Source: Azolla caroliniana (Eukaryota; Plantae; Polypodiophyta). From it: a DNA stretch of 64,000 nt. The first letter of the stretch is position 1. Each line of letters begins with the position of its first letter. The notes beneath the pieces were generated by a model. That model was given only the letters and a program-made list of their open reading frames with translations. It made no database searches and was not told where the DNA came from. The stretch lies in NCBI GenBank assembly GCA_043228905.1, contig JBHGNT010000002.1, positions 2,232,001 to 2,296,000 on the forward strand, read 5' to 3'. Below are positions 11,655 through 24,423 of the stretch, piece after piece. A program made the position numbers and the translations under genes.

Positions 11655-12922
11655 TGTCGTGAAGAAAACTGTCCCTAGGCGGAAACCGAGTTTAGCGTCT
11701 GTAAACCGGCCCTTACACACGAGCACACTTTTCGTTGTATGGTAAGTAGGTAGGTACAAGTCGGCTAAGGTGAAATCCTAGGTAGCACGCATTTAATAGG
11801 GAGAGAATCGAGTTGTATCTCTGTTCGAAAGGACAAAGAATTAATGTGATGTAACGGATGATAACGGCCTCCCTCCTTGGGCTATAAAAGAGAGGGAGAG
11901 GAATGGAAAGACTATTGTGCATTAGAAAGGACGAAGTGCTGCCGGACTGGGACCGATCCCTTCTCCTCTGCCACTCTCCATAGCCATTTTGTGCAGGTTC
12001 TCGGGAGGCTAACTCTGCTCCGTGGAATGCCCGTGTGCTTCCGGCAGAGTCTCCATCTCGCTCTTCTGTGTGCGAGTGAACATGCGTCAGTGTTTGCCTT
12101 GCCGGCTTGTTAATTGTAACCTTCTTGATACATATATATATCTTTATACATACGTGTTCATGTACTCGGATTTCTAGTCGTCTCGTTCTGCTTTGTTGTT
12201 GGATTGTGATTCCTGTGTGCTCCTGTGTTTGTGCGTGTGCAAGTGCTTCTGTTGCCTTTCCTTCCTCCTGCTTCTTAGCTATTTCTTGGTCCAAGACCCC
12301 GGTGGTCCCGCCTCATTCTCCACGCACGCGCGTAACAACGCGACATATTTGGTGAACCCGACGTGAAACGTGCAATAGAGGAATAGAAAGATGAGGGGGT
12401 CGGATCTCGCGGAAGCCATGGCTTCGGCTGTGGATTAGATAGTGAGTGCCCTCGATAGGGCTATTGAAGTGGTCGTCGTCACGATAGGCTGGATCGGTGG
12501 GAAGGATGCCACGAGCTATTTGGAGGCCTACCGGGCCGAGATGGTAATGGGAGACATTCCGGAAGAAAGGCGACTGACTTGATTCCCTCGGGTGGCGATG
12601 CCGGGCATCCATGCGGAGGTGCTCGAGGTACGGGATGAGAGCCGGACCTGGGAAGAGTTTGAAGGTCGGCTCCTCGAAAAATACGGGCTTGATGACGCGC
12701 TTCGGCTCTCGAAACGGGACTTCATGGAATGGGTAGAGACCCCCGAAAAGGGGAGAAATGTGTCGGTGCTCCTTCGGGAGTTTGAAGAACACTTCGCGCG
12801 TCTTTCGGCGCTCGACCGGACCGTACTAGACACAAGTCACGTACTGCTGTTCGTTAAGTCGGTGGATGCGAGGGACCGGGAGCAAGTGGGTCTCCTACTG
12901 GAGACTGATGACGGGCTGACGG
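11655..12922 (+). mobile_element. Trp-primed Gypsy copy C: 5' LTR (11655-12345), PBS (12350-12367), truncated gag
   Basis: TGTCGTGAAG...CGCGACA; PBS TGGTGAACCCGACGTGAA; gag homologous to 17297 onward; left flank CCGT; 3' part lost. Confidence 0.9.
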
Positions 12923-13356
12923 AAGGAAGGAATCAGAGGAGACATAGATAGAAAGGAGGGAAACGACAGAAGCAAGAAGAAGGAGAAGGAGAAGGGATCG
13001 TGAAAGAGAAGGACGCAAAAGAGAGAGAAGCAAAAAGTAACACAGACAAGACAAGATCCGTAGATAGGAAGAGAAAGAAGAGAAAGACAGGAAAAAGATG
13101 GACAGACAAAGAAAAGAGCGGGAGAGGCAAAATAGAAAAAAGGAATGAAGAAATGTAGAAAGAAGAAGAAGAGGGGAAAAAGAGATGATAAGGGCATATG
13201 CTAAGGGCATATGTGAGAATTTCAATTACGTAGGGGTATTGAACAGAATTTTTAAAAAAAAATTATGAGGACGTAACGAGAAAATTTCATCAACATAAGG
13301 GTACATATCAAAATTTTTAAAAACAAGAGGGCGCCACCAAAAATTTGAAAATCCCC
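12923..13356. mobile_element. Purine-rich tract plus probable Mutator-like (MULE) terminal repeat end
   Basis: Spaced AGGG/AAAATTT subterminal-type motifs ending GAAAATCCCC at 13356; no partner TIR seen. Confidence 0.35.
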
Positions 13357-14074
13357 AAGACTACTCACACTCACTCAAAACAAAGGAAGAACATACATAT
13401 ACACGACATGATTTTGGACCCATGACGAAGTTCGTAAGCCGAAAGAATGAGAATGTTCGTGTCGCGGAAAGATTTGCTGACCAACAAAGATGTTCGAGTC
13501 AAGCACTCCGATCGAGGGAGTTGATCGTTGAAAGGACCGATGGAAGTCCCGGTCGAAGAAATATCATCATCAAGGCATGTGGGATCGACGTGCAAGGCAC
13601 TCTCCCACGGGCGTGCCATATTGTGTTACCCCGTACCAGATGTACGGAGAGTCAAGTGTGATGAGTGAGGGTCAAATGTTATCATGATGTTGTTGTGTAT
13701 GTGTAGGGGGCATAAATGTAATTGTGAGTCTATACGTATGTGAACAAATGCACATGTGTGTGCATGTGGATGGATACGAGGAGGTGTGAGTGAGTGTCCA
13801 GTATGAATGCTCGAGGGGGCTTACACCCCTATGTATCTACCCCCTCTTGTACTATTTAACCCCTTATGGGGAATGAATGAAACATATAACCAATTTCTCT
13901 CTCTCTCTCTCTCTTTGTCATCTCTCTTCTTCTCTCTCCCCTTAACGTTGAACCCCCTTGGGAGGGGGGTGGAGCCATTCTAGGCACTACCTCCCCACTC
14001 CGCAATGCTTCTCAATGCTCATCCTGTCATCATCAATTCCACAATGCTTATCTCCATCATCACACCCACCATGT

Positions 14075-15266
14075 CTATCTCCCTTGGTTTGCATCACTCA
14101 AAGCCGTTGGAGGTTTATGTGGCCGATTCTCTTTTGCCACAACTCGATGCTTGTCTCGGTTTTGAGAGCTTTGTTGTACATTTTCGATTTCACCTCATTC
14201 GAATCGAGGATGAACATTTGGTCGTCTCTTCGCCCCTTAGCTATGAGTCGGTCATCTTTCTCAATGAAACAAACTTCATTGTGGAAACGGACTTGCATGC
14301 CTTGCTCCACGATTTGGCCGATCGAGACCAAATTCTTCGTTATTGTGGGCACGTGCAAGACATTCTTGATGCACGTTTGCTCGCCTTCTTTACCGAATGG
14401 GACATTGCCGATGTGCCGAATGGGGTGCGTGGTGTCATCTCCTGTCTCTATGAAGCCGGGTCGATCCGGCATTCGTAAATCACGAAACCACTCTTCGTGA
14501 GATGTCATGTGATGTGAGGCGCCTGAATCGACGAACCACACATTTTCCAAGTTGGAGGCACTTGCGGAGTTGGAGGCCGTCATAGAGTTTGCTCTACGCC
14601 TCATTACGAATAGTCTGCCGTAATCATCGTATTCGGAGTTGACGACGTAATTCGTGTGTTGTCGACTTGTGAAAGCCGACTCACTTCTTGTTTTTCGGCA
14701 TTCCTCCTCGCGGTGGCCGATTTTGCCGCAATAGGTGCAAGTTGCAGGCCTCATTTGCCGACCATGTTCGGCGTGGAAGCTCCCCCTTCTTCCGAAGGTT
14801 CCTCAATGGCTTCCGTGAAGGTTTGAGTTTGCTTCGTGTGATGGGTCGAATTGACCTCTTCTACTGCCGTGACCTCCTCCTTGGCCACCATTCGAATTCA
14901 AGAAGAACATTTATCCTTCCGACGTCTTGCTTTTAGTTTGGACGTGGTTCTCTTCGATCAATAGCATTGATTGGAGGTCAAAGAATGGAGGGTTTTCTCT
15001 CGCCAAGATTGCCGTTCGTAATGGATCGAATCGTTGTGCGAGGCCACCCAAGCATACTTGAACCATCTTGTCTTCGTCGACGTTTATTTTGATGGAGCCA
15101 AGCGAGTCGCAAATGGTCTTGATCTTGGCGGTGTAGTCCGACACGGACATGTCTTTTTGCCGAATGTTTTTACACTCTTGTTGGAGTTCAAGCTTTCGGG
15201 CGGTCGTGTTGGTGGCAAACATTTTCTTTATGTTCGCCCATGCTTCTTTAGGCGTCTTGGCATCTG
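14075..15266 (-). pseudogene. Copia fragment D (gag, zinc knuckle, protease, pre-integrase)
   Basis: DAKTPKEAW, CTYCGKIGHREEEC, WFVDSGASHHMT, VLHVPTITKNLVS, LWQKRIGHIN; frameshifted; no LTRs. Confidence 0.85.
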
Positions 15267-15347
15267 GAAGTTGATGGAGCTCACATCCCGAAGTTGATGG
15301 AGCTTCTGAAGCAAAAGGTGGAGATTCCACGGTACATGCGGTACCGT

Positions 15348-15427
15348 TGTCGCGTTGTTACGCGCGTGCGTGGAGAACAAGGCGGGACCACTGGGGTCTT
15401 GGACCGAGGAATAGGTGAGAAGAGGGA

Positions 15428-15484
<57 letters not shown>

Positions 15485-16022
15485 GCTCACACACGTATAG
15501 ACAGAGAAGTGCACGGGGACGCGGCCCAACAACACAGGAGACACGAGTTGAGAACACTAGCGTATGTATATAAATGTATGCAGATGACTCGAATGGTTAC
15601 AGCCGACCAGGTCGGCGAGGTGGATGCCGACGCCTGATCACCCACGCACACATGAGAGCAAGATGGAGATCCTGCTGGAAGCACACGAGCGTTCCACGGA
15701 GCAGGATCAGCCTCCTGAGAACCTGCACAAAAGAAAGCTATGGAGAATGACAGAGAAGAAGAGCTCGGTCCCAGTCCGACAACACTTCGTCCCCTGTAGC
15801 GCGCAATCCCTTCTCTCCCCGTCTCGCTCTCTTTTATAGCTCAAGGAGGGAGGCCGCCTTGCCCGTTTACATTACATTAATTCTCCCTATAGAATATTGC
15901 TACCTAGGATCTGACCTTTGTGCCTACCTATCTACTGTACCACAAGGGGCGTGCCCACGTGTAAGGGCCGGTTTACACACGCTATACACGGTTTGCGCCT
16001 GGGGACGGTTTTCTTCACGACA
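15348..16022 (-). repeat. 3' LTR of E
   Basis: Repeat of 44530-45247 with a shorter GA tract and a deletion of about 33 bp. Confidence 0.92.
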
Positions 16023-17323
16023 TCCGCCCCCACGTAACCGCGCATCCACCGGTATGCGCCAAAATTGGGTTCCTGCTTGGGGAAAACCGGTCCTTGCTTT
16101 TATTCCTCGTTAACCAGTATCGCCATTCTCGTACCGTCGAGCTCCGCGAGATGGTACGTCCCATTGCCGTTGGTGCCTGTTACTACGTAAGGCCCGAACC
16201 ACCTCCTCGCAAACTTCCGTGTGGCCTTGTGCTGATTGTCGAGGCTGCTAGTCTACGAGGCTGCTGTCGTAGACTAGCACCCAGTCGCCTTCCTCGATCT
16301 TCCTTGGCTTGGACCGGTGTGTTCGGTCGAACCGGGCTTTGTTCCTTATCCTCGCTACTCGAAGTTTCTCCGCGGCCCGTTCTACGTCCTCTGGCCTCCG
16401 CTCAAGCTGTCGAATCCGCGCCGCCAACAGTTCCTCCCGGCTCATATCATCCCTCCAATCCACTGTGGCCCACGAGGAGATCGTTCGCTCTGTTGGCATG
16501 ATCGGCTTCTGTCCGAACATCAGCTCGGCCGGCATGAACCCGGTTACCGAACTGTGCGTAGTCCGGTCCGCCCACAAGGCATAAGGTAGCAGCCGTGGCC
16601 AGTCCCCGACTCGGCTTCCGCACGCCCGTACTAGCGCTTTGACAATCGGCCCGTTGTCGTGAAGAAAACCGTCCACAAGCGGAATCGGTGCACCGGAGCG
16701 TAGGAACCGGCTCTTCATACACGTACGCCTTATGTTGTACATAGAAGATCCTAGGTAGGTAGATTCGGTAGGTAGGAAGTTAATGGGAAACGGCTCCTTC
16801 CTTGCCTATAAAAGGGTGGAGACGAGGAGGGGAGAAGGGTCGCGGAATCAGAGAGGACGGAGTGCTGTCGGGTTGTCGACCGAAGGCTTCTCTCTCTTCC
16901 AAACTCCATAGCTTCTTTCTGTGCAGGTTTCGGGAGGCTCGCGCTGCTCTAAGGAATGCCCGAGTGCTTCCGGCAGCACCTCCAACCTACTCCTTTCTTT
17001 CTGTACGTTTACGAACAGGCATCAACATCTGTTCGCCGGCCTGTTCGGTTGTAACCGACTTCGTGCTTCTTGTTGTTTGTCTCTGTTAATATATAGATAC
17101 ATACCTTCGTGTCTCTCTGTGTTGGTTTCCCGCTCGCGTCTTCGTGTCGAAGGGCCGTGTCCCTGTGGATCTACGCTCGCACCTAGTGGGTCTCTTCCCT
17201 TCTCCTTTCTCTCTTGCTGTTCGGTACAAGACCCCCGAGGTCCCGCCTCATTCCACGCATCCGTGAGGAATACCTCGACATCTTGGTGAACCCGACGTGA
17301 AGGAGGCGACAGAAGAGCAGAAG

Positions 17324-19450
17324 ATGAGGGGGTCGGATCTTGCAGAGGCCATGGCTTCGGCCGTGGATTGGATATTGGGCACACGCGAGGGCACTGACGC
17401 CCTCGACAGAGCCATTGAGGCGGTTGTCGGTACGATCGGCCGGTTCAGCGGAAAGGATGCTACGAAGTATTTGGCGTCCTACGGGGCAGAAATGCTGATG
17501 CGGGACATTCCGGAAGAGAGGCGTCTTGCCAGGTTCCCTCGAGTGGCGATGCCGAGCATCCATGCAGAGGTGCTCGAGGTACGGGCGGAGAGCCGTACCT
17601 GGGAGGAGTTCGAAGGCCGACTCCTAGAGAAATACGGGCTGGACGACGCGCTCCGGCTTTCGAAACGGAACTTCATGGAATGGGTGGAGTCCCCCGGCAA
17701 GGGAAGAAACGCGTCGGCACTCCTCCGGGAGTTTGAGGAACGCTTTGCGCGCCTTTCGGCGCTTGACCGAACCGTTCTGGATACGAGCCGGGTCCTACTG
17801 TTCGTCAAGTCGGTGGACAAGCGGGACTGGGATCAAGTTGGCTCCTTGCTAGAAACCGAAGACGGGTTGACGACCGACTGGACGACGGTTAAGAGAGTCT
17901 GTGGCCGTTTCGACAAACGGCGAGAATGGGCTGACAACGGGGCGATCGGAGCGGGCTCTGTCACAGCAAGGAGGCTTGAACCGGCACCACAAGGGCGAAG
18001 GGCAGAGACCCGGGAGTGGCTCGAAACCGGTTCGGCTTCGACCGGCATGGTCAATGACTTGTCCGGAGGAGCAGCGCTGGAGGAGTTGACGCGGGCGATA
18101 AAGGATCTCCAGATCGCCCAGACTCGAAGGGAAGGTGGCAAACCGGCTCGTGACCGACGGCCGGCAGCAGGGAACAGGTGCATGTGGTGCGACGAGGTCG
18201 GCCACATTCGGAAGGACTGCGGCGATTTCGCAGAGGCGTTGAGGAACCGGGTGGTGTACCTGTGGGAAGGCCGGGTGCATGCCGGCGATACCAGAAGGGC
18301 CCTAAACCGAAACGACGGGCGGGGAGGTATGAAGAGACTGATCGAAGAGGCAGCGGGCCGACACGTGGAGGCCATCCACTACTCGGCGTCGGCCGGTATT
18401 CGGGTTGGGGGCAGCGAGGCCCGAAAGGAGAGCAAAGACGGATTCTGGTCGGCAATGCTGGAAGGCCTCGCCGGCGCACGGCTGAGGGAAGATGAAGCGG
18501 ACCGCGTTGAGAAACGGGTCCGGGAAATAACCGGGTGGAGCGACCCGGTCGAGGAGAAGACGGGCTTCGTAGAAGCCGCCTGCCGGAATTACGAGGCTCT
18601 GGTGGAAGACAAACGAGTGGGGAAAGCCGGAGCGGCTGGGCCCTCACAACGATACGAGACCCGACTCGGGCAACGACGGAACGATGCCGGTGGGTCCAGC
18701 GCGCAACATAACCCCAGGAAGGGCGGATACCGACTGGGGACGGAAATAGAAAGGACCACCGACCTACGAAAGGTCCTAGAAGAGCGGATCCTCGACAGCA
18801 AAGTGGAGCTGTCATTGCGGGAGGTGCTAGGGATCGCTAAGAAGGAGTTCCACGACTCCATTGTGGACTTGGTGAAGTGGAAGAGGCTGTCGATGGAGAC
18901 GGAACCGGAGAGACCGGTGGAGGTGCGGACGACGCACATCGACGACTCGGCGCTGGCAGATGAGTGGGCGGAGAGCCACTATTCGAGGCCACACTGGGCC
19001 CGAGCGACCACGGAGACCCCGGTAAAGATCGGAGATGTTCAGGAACCGGTGGTGGCATTGGTGGACCACGGTTCGGAAATAAACCTGATGTCCATGGACT
19101 TCTATAAGAAGGGAAAGTGGCCGATCAACACCAAGCACGAGTGGGAGATACGGGCGGCGACGCGCGCCACCGAGGAACTGCACGGGGCCTGCCCGAACGT
19201 GTGAGTCAAGATCGGCGACGTCGAGATTGACCAGCACTTCTTCGTACAGGAGACGTCCTCGCACCTGGTCATATCAGGGGAACCATACATCACGGCGGCG
19301 CGGATGGAGACGAAGGTGTTAGACAACGGTTCGGCCTACGCGAGGGTCAAAAGCCAGGACGAGCGCCATTCTGTCCAATTTCTGACGGTGCGACCAAACC
19401 ACGAGCGGAACCGCGAATCCCTCGGTGGCGAGAACCAGGAGGATTTTTAG
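17324..19450 (+). pseudogene. gag: F Gag-protease (premature TGA at 19202)
   Basis: CMWCDEVGHIRKDC knuckle; ALVDHGSEINLM protease motif; native stop at GGATTTTTAG 19441-19450. Confidence 0.9.
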
Positions 19451-22400
19451 AGAGGGCTGCCAAGGCGTGGGGCCGAGACAGTCCGAACACTCGGGAAAGA
19501 CCCCACAGCTGTACGATAGAACTGAAACCGAAGAAACCCTGTACGATAAGTAAAAAATTTTGCTTCTCCGACAACGGAGGGTGTATGTTAGTCGGCATCG
19601 TTGGCCGAGAAAAGGCAAGGGCGGAAGTGCGACTTTGAGCGTGCGGAGTTCTCGGCCCGAACGAGGAAATCAGCGGAGCCGTGGAGGTGGTCTCCTTCGA
19701 CGACACCTTGGGAATGCTGAGGAAGGTAGCCGGAGAAGACCTTAACGAAGACCGGACGATACCGGTATGTTCCGAAGAGATGTACGAAGTCATCGCGGAC
19801 TTTAGTCAGGGGCTCGGGTCGGATCGGACAGCTCGAGTTAGCACGAAGTACAAGACTGTGGACCGGAAGGTAAGGCCAGTCGCGGCACCCTTACCGGAGG
19901 GCAGCGAGTCCCGAATCGGAGGGGTTGCATCGGACCCCAGTTTACGAGATCCGGTCTACATAGGACACACCTTCACCGACGGGACGCTCCGGGAGCTCAA
20001 AATCGGTGGGGGCGGGTTCCTACTGCCGGCGGAGGAAGACCAGTTTCGGAGAATGCTCGGAAGGCACGGGAAAGCCTTCGCATTCTCACCGAGAGAGATC
20101 GGGTGCGTAGACCCGACAATCGTGGAGCCGATGGTGATATTCACGGTACCGCATGTGCCGTGGAATCTCAAGCCGATTCCAGTACCGAGAGCTCACATCC
20201 CGAAGTTGATGGAGCTATTGAGGCAGAAAGTCGATATGGGCATTCTCGAACCGTCAAGTGCCCCATACTCGAACCGATGGTTTACCGTACCAAAGAAAAA
20301 CGGAACATTGCGTTTCATTCAAGACCTGCAGCCGGTCAACAGAGTGACCATTCGGAACGCAGGAATTGAACCGACCATAGACGAGTTCGCGGAGGCCTTC
20401 GCCGGAAGGTCGATCTATTCGGTCGGTGATCTGTACTCGGGTACGACCAGTTCCAGCTAGCCGTGGAGAGCAGAGACATTACGACGATGCGAACTCTCCT
20501 CGGCCTAGTGCGAATGTGTACCCTGCCACAAGGAGGGACCAACTCGATGGCCCACATGGTGAATGCAATGAACAAGGTACTGAGGGATTGCATCCCGGAC
20601 ATCACCATGCCATTTCTAGACGACATCCCGATCAAGGGGTGCCCGGTGGAAGAGAAGGATGCAACACTCGGACCGGACGGATGCCGGCGATTCGTGGCAA
20701 CTCACATCGACGACTGCGAGAAGGTGCTACAAAGGCTAGAGGATGCGAGGCTCACCTTCTCCGGGGAGAAATCGGCCTTCGGGCAATCAGAAATCTTGGT
20801 GATCGGACACCTATGTGGACCATATGGCCGGAAGCCGTCTCCGGCAAAGGTAGAAGCCATCTCCGCGATGAAGACCGACTGTAGCTCGGTTACGGAAGTT
20901 CGGAGGTTCCTGGGGGCGTGCACATTCTACCACATATGGATCCCGCATTACGCCCACGTTGCGGAGCCGCTATACGGGTTCCTGAAGAAAGGGCGAAAAT
21001 TCGAGTGGCGAGACGAGCACACGGAGTCGGTCCGGAAGCTGAAGGAAGCTCTTGCGGCAGCACCGACGCTCCAGAAGGCTGTCTACGGGAAGGGTACCCC
21101 GGTATACATAACGGTGGATACGAGTCCGACCGGGATCGGATGGGTCGTCAACCAAGAAGACGAGGACGGCATTCGGTTCCCGATCCGATTCGGCGCGAAG
21201 GTCCTCAGTGAGCGACAGCGAGGGTACGCCCAGGTTAAACGCGAACTCTGGGGTATTGTTTCGGCAGTAAAGGCCGACAAAGACTACCTGATCGGGACAG
21301 AAGTGATTATCGAGACGGATTGCCTGCCAATTCTCGGCATGGTGTCCAGATGCGTGACACCGGACCTGGCGATGCTCAGGTGGATAGTGTACATCAAGTC
21401 CCTGGACCCGGAAATACGACACATTTCCGGAAAGGACAACGCCATGGCCGACATGCTTTCGAGGGCAAGGTTTGATGACGAGGGCGGCATGGTTTCGGAG
21501 GACGAAGAAGTCGGCGTGGACTTCTTCGAGGCAGCGTACGTGACGACCGATGGGACGAGCACTCCGGCGCTTAACGGCTTCGACGAGAGCAAGTACGACG
21601 GCGAGTGGCTGCAGATCGGTGGTTTCTTAAGGACCATGACGCCGGATGCGTCATGGACAAGGGACGAGACCAACCGGATTCGGAAGAAAGCATACCGATT
21701 CTTTCTCCGGGACGGATACTTATGGAAGCACCCGAAGAAGAGGAACGGCGTCCCACTCCGGGTGGTGGCGATGGAAGGAAGAACAGGAGGAGCTGTTGAC
21801 GGCCTACCACGACAGCCCTTGGGCTGGACACCGTGGAACGTGGGCCACGTTTGAGAAGATAAAGGGGAAGTACTTGTGGCCGGGACTGTACCGGGACGTG
21901 CATCGGTTCGTGACAACTTGTGAGAGCTGTCAGATGCACTCCGTAGTCCGACATCGGGACGAGCTTCACCCTATGTACCCTTCGACCATCCACTTGAAAT
22001 GGATGGTAGACCTGGTAACGATGCCGATGGGAGTAGGACAGATGCGGTATCTGGTCCTGGCTCGGGAAGATCTGACGAACCAGGTGGAAGGCCGGGCCCT
22101 TCAGAACAAAACGACCGCAGCCGTATGTCGGTTCCTGATCGAGGACGTGATATGCCGGTACGGGTGCGTCGGGAAGATCGTGGGTGATCGCGGGGAGTTG
22201 GACGCCGAAGAGGCCGAGGAGCTGTTCGACCGTCTAGGAGTCAAGCTCTCGCTTACCACTGCGTACAATCCGGAGGCGAATGGGAAGGTGGAGCGCGGAC
22301 ACGGACCGATCGTCAAGGCGTTAGTTCGGGCATGCGGAGGTCAAGTCGGGGACTGGCCGCGGCTGCTGCCTTACGCGTTGTGGGCGGACCGAACTACGCA

Positions 22401-22944
22401 CAGTTCGGTAACCGGATTCCTGCCGGCAGAGCTCATGTTTGGGCAGAAGCCGATCATGCCGATGGAACGTACGATCTCCTCATGGGCAACCGTGGACTGG
22501 AGAGACGAGATGAGCCGGGAGGAACTGTTGGCGGCGCGCATACGACAGCTCGAGCGAAGAACGGAGGACGTGGAGCAGGCTGCGGGAAAGCTTCGGGTGG
22601 CAAGGACGTGGAACAAAGCCCGGTTCGACCGGACGCACCGGCTCCGACCAAAGAAGATCGAGGAAGGCGACTGGGTGCTAGTCTACGACAGCAGCCTCGA
22701 CAACCAGCACCGAGCGACACAGAAGTTCGCAAGAAGGTGGTTCGGGCCTTACGTGGTGCAAAGCGCCAACGACAACGGGACGTACCATCTGGCGGAACTC
22801 GACGGCACAAGAATGGCGATACCGGTAGCTGGGAAGCGGATCAAAGCGTTCAAAAAGCGTCACGACGACGAGCCGGATTCGGTTAACCTGGACAACGATG
22901 ACGAACGATCCGAAACCGAGGAAGAACCGACGGGCGGGGAATGA
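19441..22944 (+). pseudogene. pol: F pol (RT-RH-IN) with a stop and frameshifts
   Basis: ORF pieces 19681-20460, 20463-21854 and 21646-22944; LPQG, FLDD, TVDTS, IN H-H-C-C and D-D-E, WFGPY. Confidence 0.9.
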
Positions 22945-23647
22945 AGGCTGGACGGGTTTTCTCCGTCCCAACACAATTTGGCGCATGCCGGTGGATGCGC
23001 GGTTAGGTGGGGGCGGATGTCGTGAAGAAAACCGTCCACAAGCGGAATCGGTGCACCGGAGCGTAGGAACCGGCTCTTCATACACGTACGCCTTATGTTG
23101 TACATAGAAGATCCTAGGTAGGTAGATTCGGTAGGTAGGAAGTTAATGGGAAACGACTCCTTCCTTGCCTATAAAAGGGTGGAGACGAGGAGGGGAGAAG
23201 GGTCGCGGAATCAGAGAGGACGGAGTGCTGTCGGGTTGTCGACCGAAGGCTTCTCTCTCTTCCAAACTCCATAGCTTCTTTCTGTGCAGGTTTCGGGAGG
23301 CTCGCGCTGCTCTAAGGAATGCCCGAGTGCTTCCGGCAGCACCTCCAACCTACTCCTTTCTTTCTGTACGTTTACGAACAGGCATCAACATCTGTTCGCC
23401 GGCCTGTTCGGTTGTAACCGACTTCGTGCTTCTTGTTGTTTGTCTCTGTTAATATATAGATACATACCTTCGTGTCTCTCTGTGTTGGTTTCCCGCTCGC
23501 GTCTTCGTGTCGAAGGGCCGTGTCCCTGTGGATCTACGCTCGCACTTAGTGGGTCTCTTCCCTTCTCCTTTCTCTCTTGCTGTTCGGTACAAGACCCCCG
23601 AGGTCCCGCCTCATTCCACGCACCCGCGAGGAATACCTCGACACTGT

Positions 23648-24423
23648 TGTCGAGATATTACGCAAGTGCGTGTGGAATCGAGGCGGGACCGCGGGGGTCT
23701 CGAACCAAAGAGCAAGCGAGGGAGGAGAAAGAGAGAGAACCGGCTACGCAGGACCGGGGATACACAGGGACACGGCCCTTCAGCACGGAGAACGCGAACA
23801 GAGACCGACACAGACAGATGCGAATGACTTAATATGTATATTAAGAAAATGGCTAACACTACTACAACCCTCGATGGGGCACAGGTTGGTTACAACCGAA
23901 CAGGCCGGCGAACAGATGCCGATGCCTGCTCGCTTCGACGCACAAAACGGCTGCCGGAAGCACTCGGGCGTTCCTCGAAACAGCGCGAGCCTCCTCGGAA
24001 CCCTGCACAGAAAGCTATGGAGCTCAAGAAGGAAGGAAACAGAGAGAGAGAAGCGTCCAGAAACGGTCCGACAGCACTTCGTCCTCTCCGCGCGAGATAC
24101 CTGCAACAGCTCTTTCCTGCTCTTATATAGCCCGACGAGCAGGCCGTCCTGTCAGCTTTATTCCCTGTCCCTTTCGAACAGGGGTCCGCTCCGTTCTTCA
24201 CGCATCCGCGTAGTTACGCCGCCGACTCGTGCCGTCCCTTAGCTCGCGCGCGCGGCCGAAAAGACTGTTCGCGCGGTCTTTGTCTCCACTTGTGTTAGGG
24301 CCCGTTCCTGCCGATTATCCTCCTAACTCGCTTCTTCGTACAACTTGGAGCTTGCGCGCGTGAAGAACCGGTTCCCACGCCTAGGTGCGCCGATCCCGCC
24401 TATGGACGGTTTTCTTCACGACA
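23648..24423 (-). mobile_element. Solo LTR G of the Trp-primed Gypsy family (I-like)
   Basis: 776 bp; highly similar to the reverse complement of 36748-37531; flanks CTGT and CCGT. Confidence 0.92.

Larger units (their letters stand above)
16655..23643 (+). mobile_element. Trp-primed Gypsy copy F, full length
   Basis: 626-bp LTRs 16655-17280 and 23018-23643; PBS 17284-17301; PPT ggtgggggcgga before 23018; flanks CCGT and CTGT. Confidence 0.95.

Noticed and set aside
12854-13225. Hydrophobic ORFs resembling env or membrane proteins
   Set aside because: Artefact of translating a purine/pyrimidine-skewed low-complexity tract.
15421-15483. GA and TA microsatellites (also near 1025, 1714, 44605, 54400, 54577)
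   Set aside because: Ordinary length-variable LTR simple repeats.
11655-16022. LTR C and the E 3' LTR as inverted ends of one element
   Set aside because: E pairs with 44530-45247 by sequence and TSD; C is a separate truncated + strand copy.
17479-18815. Long antisense and alternative-frame ORFs (also 37525-38541, 45250-45984, 55048-55953, 61574-62509)
   Set aside because: Shadows of GC-rich gag/pol with no domains; not conserved in length between copies.
19202-19204. Programmed stop read-through in F gag
   Set aside because: Copies I and M have Arg codons here, so this is a CpG deamination (CGA to TGA).
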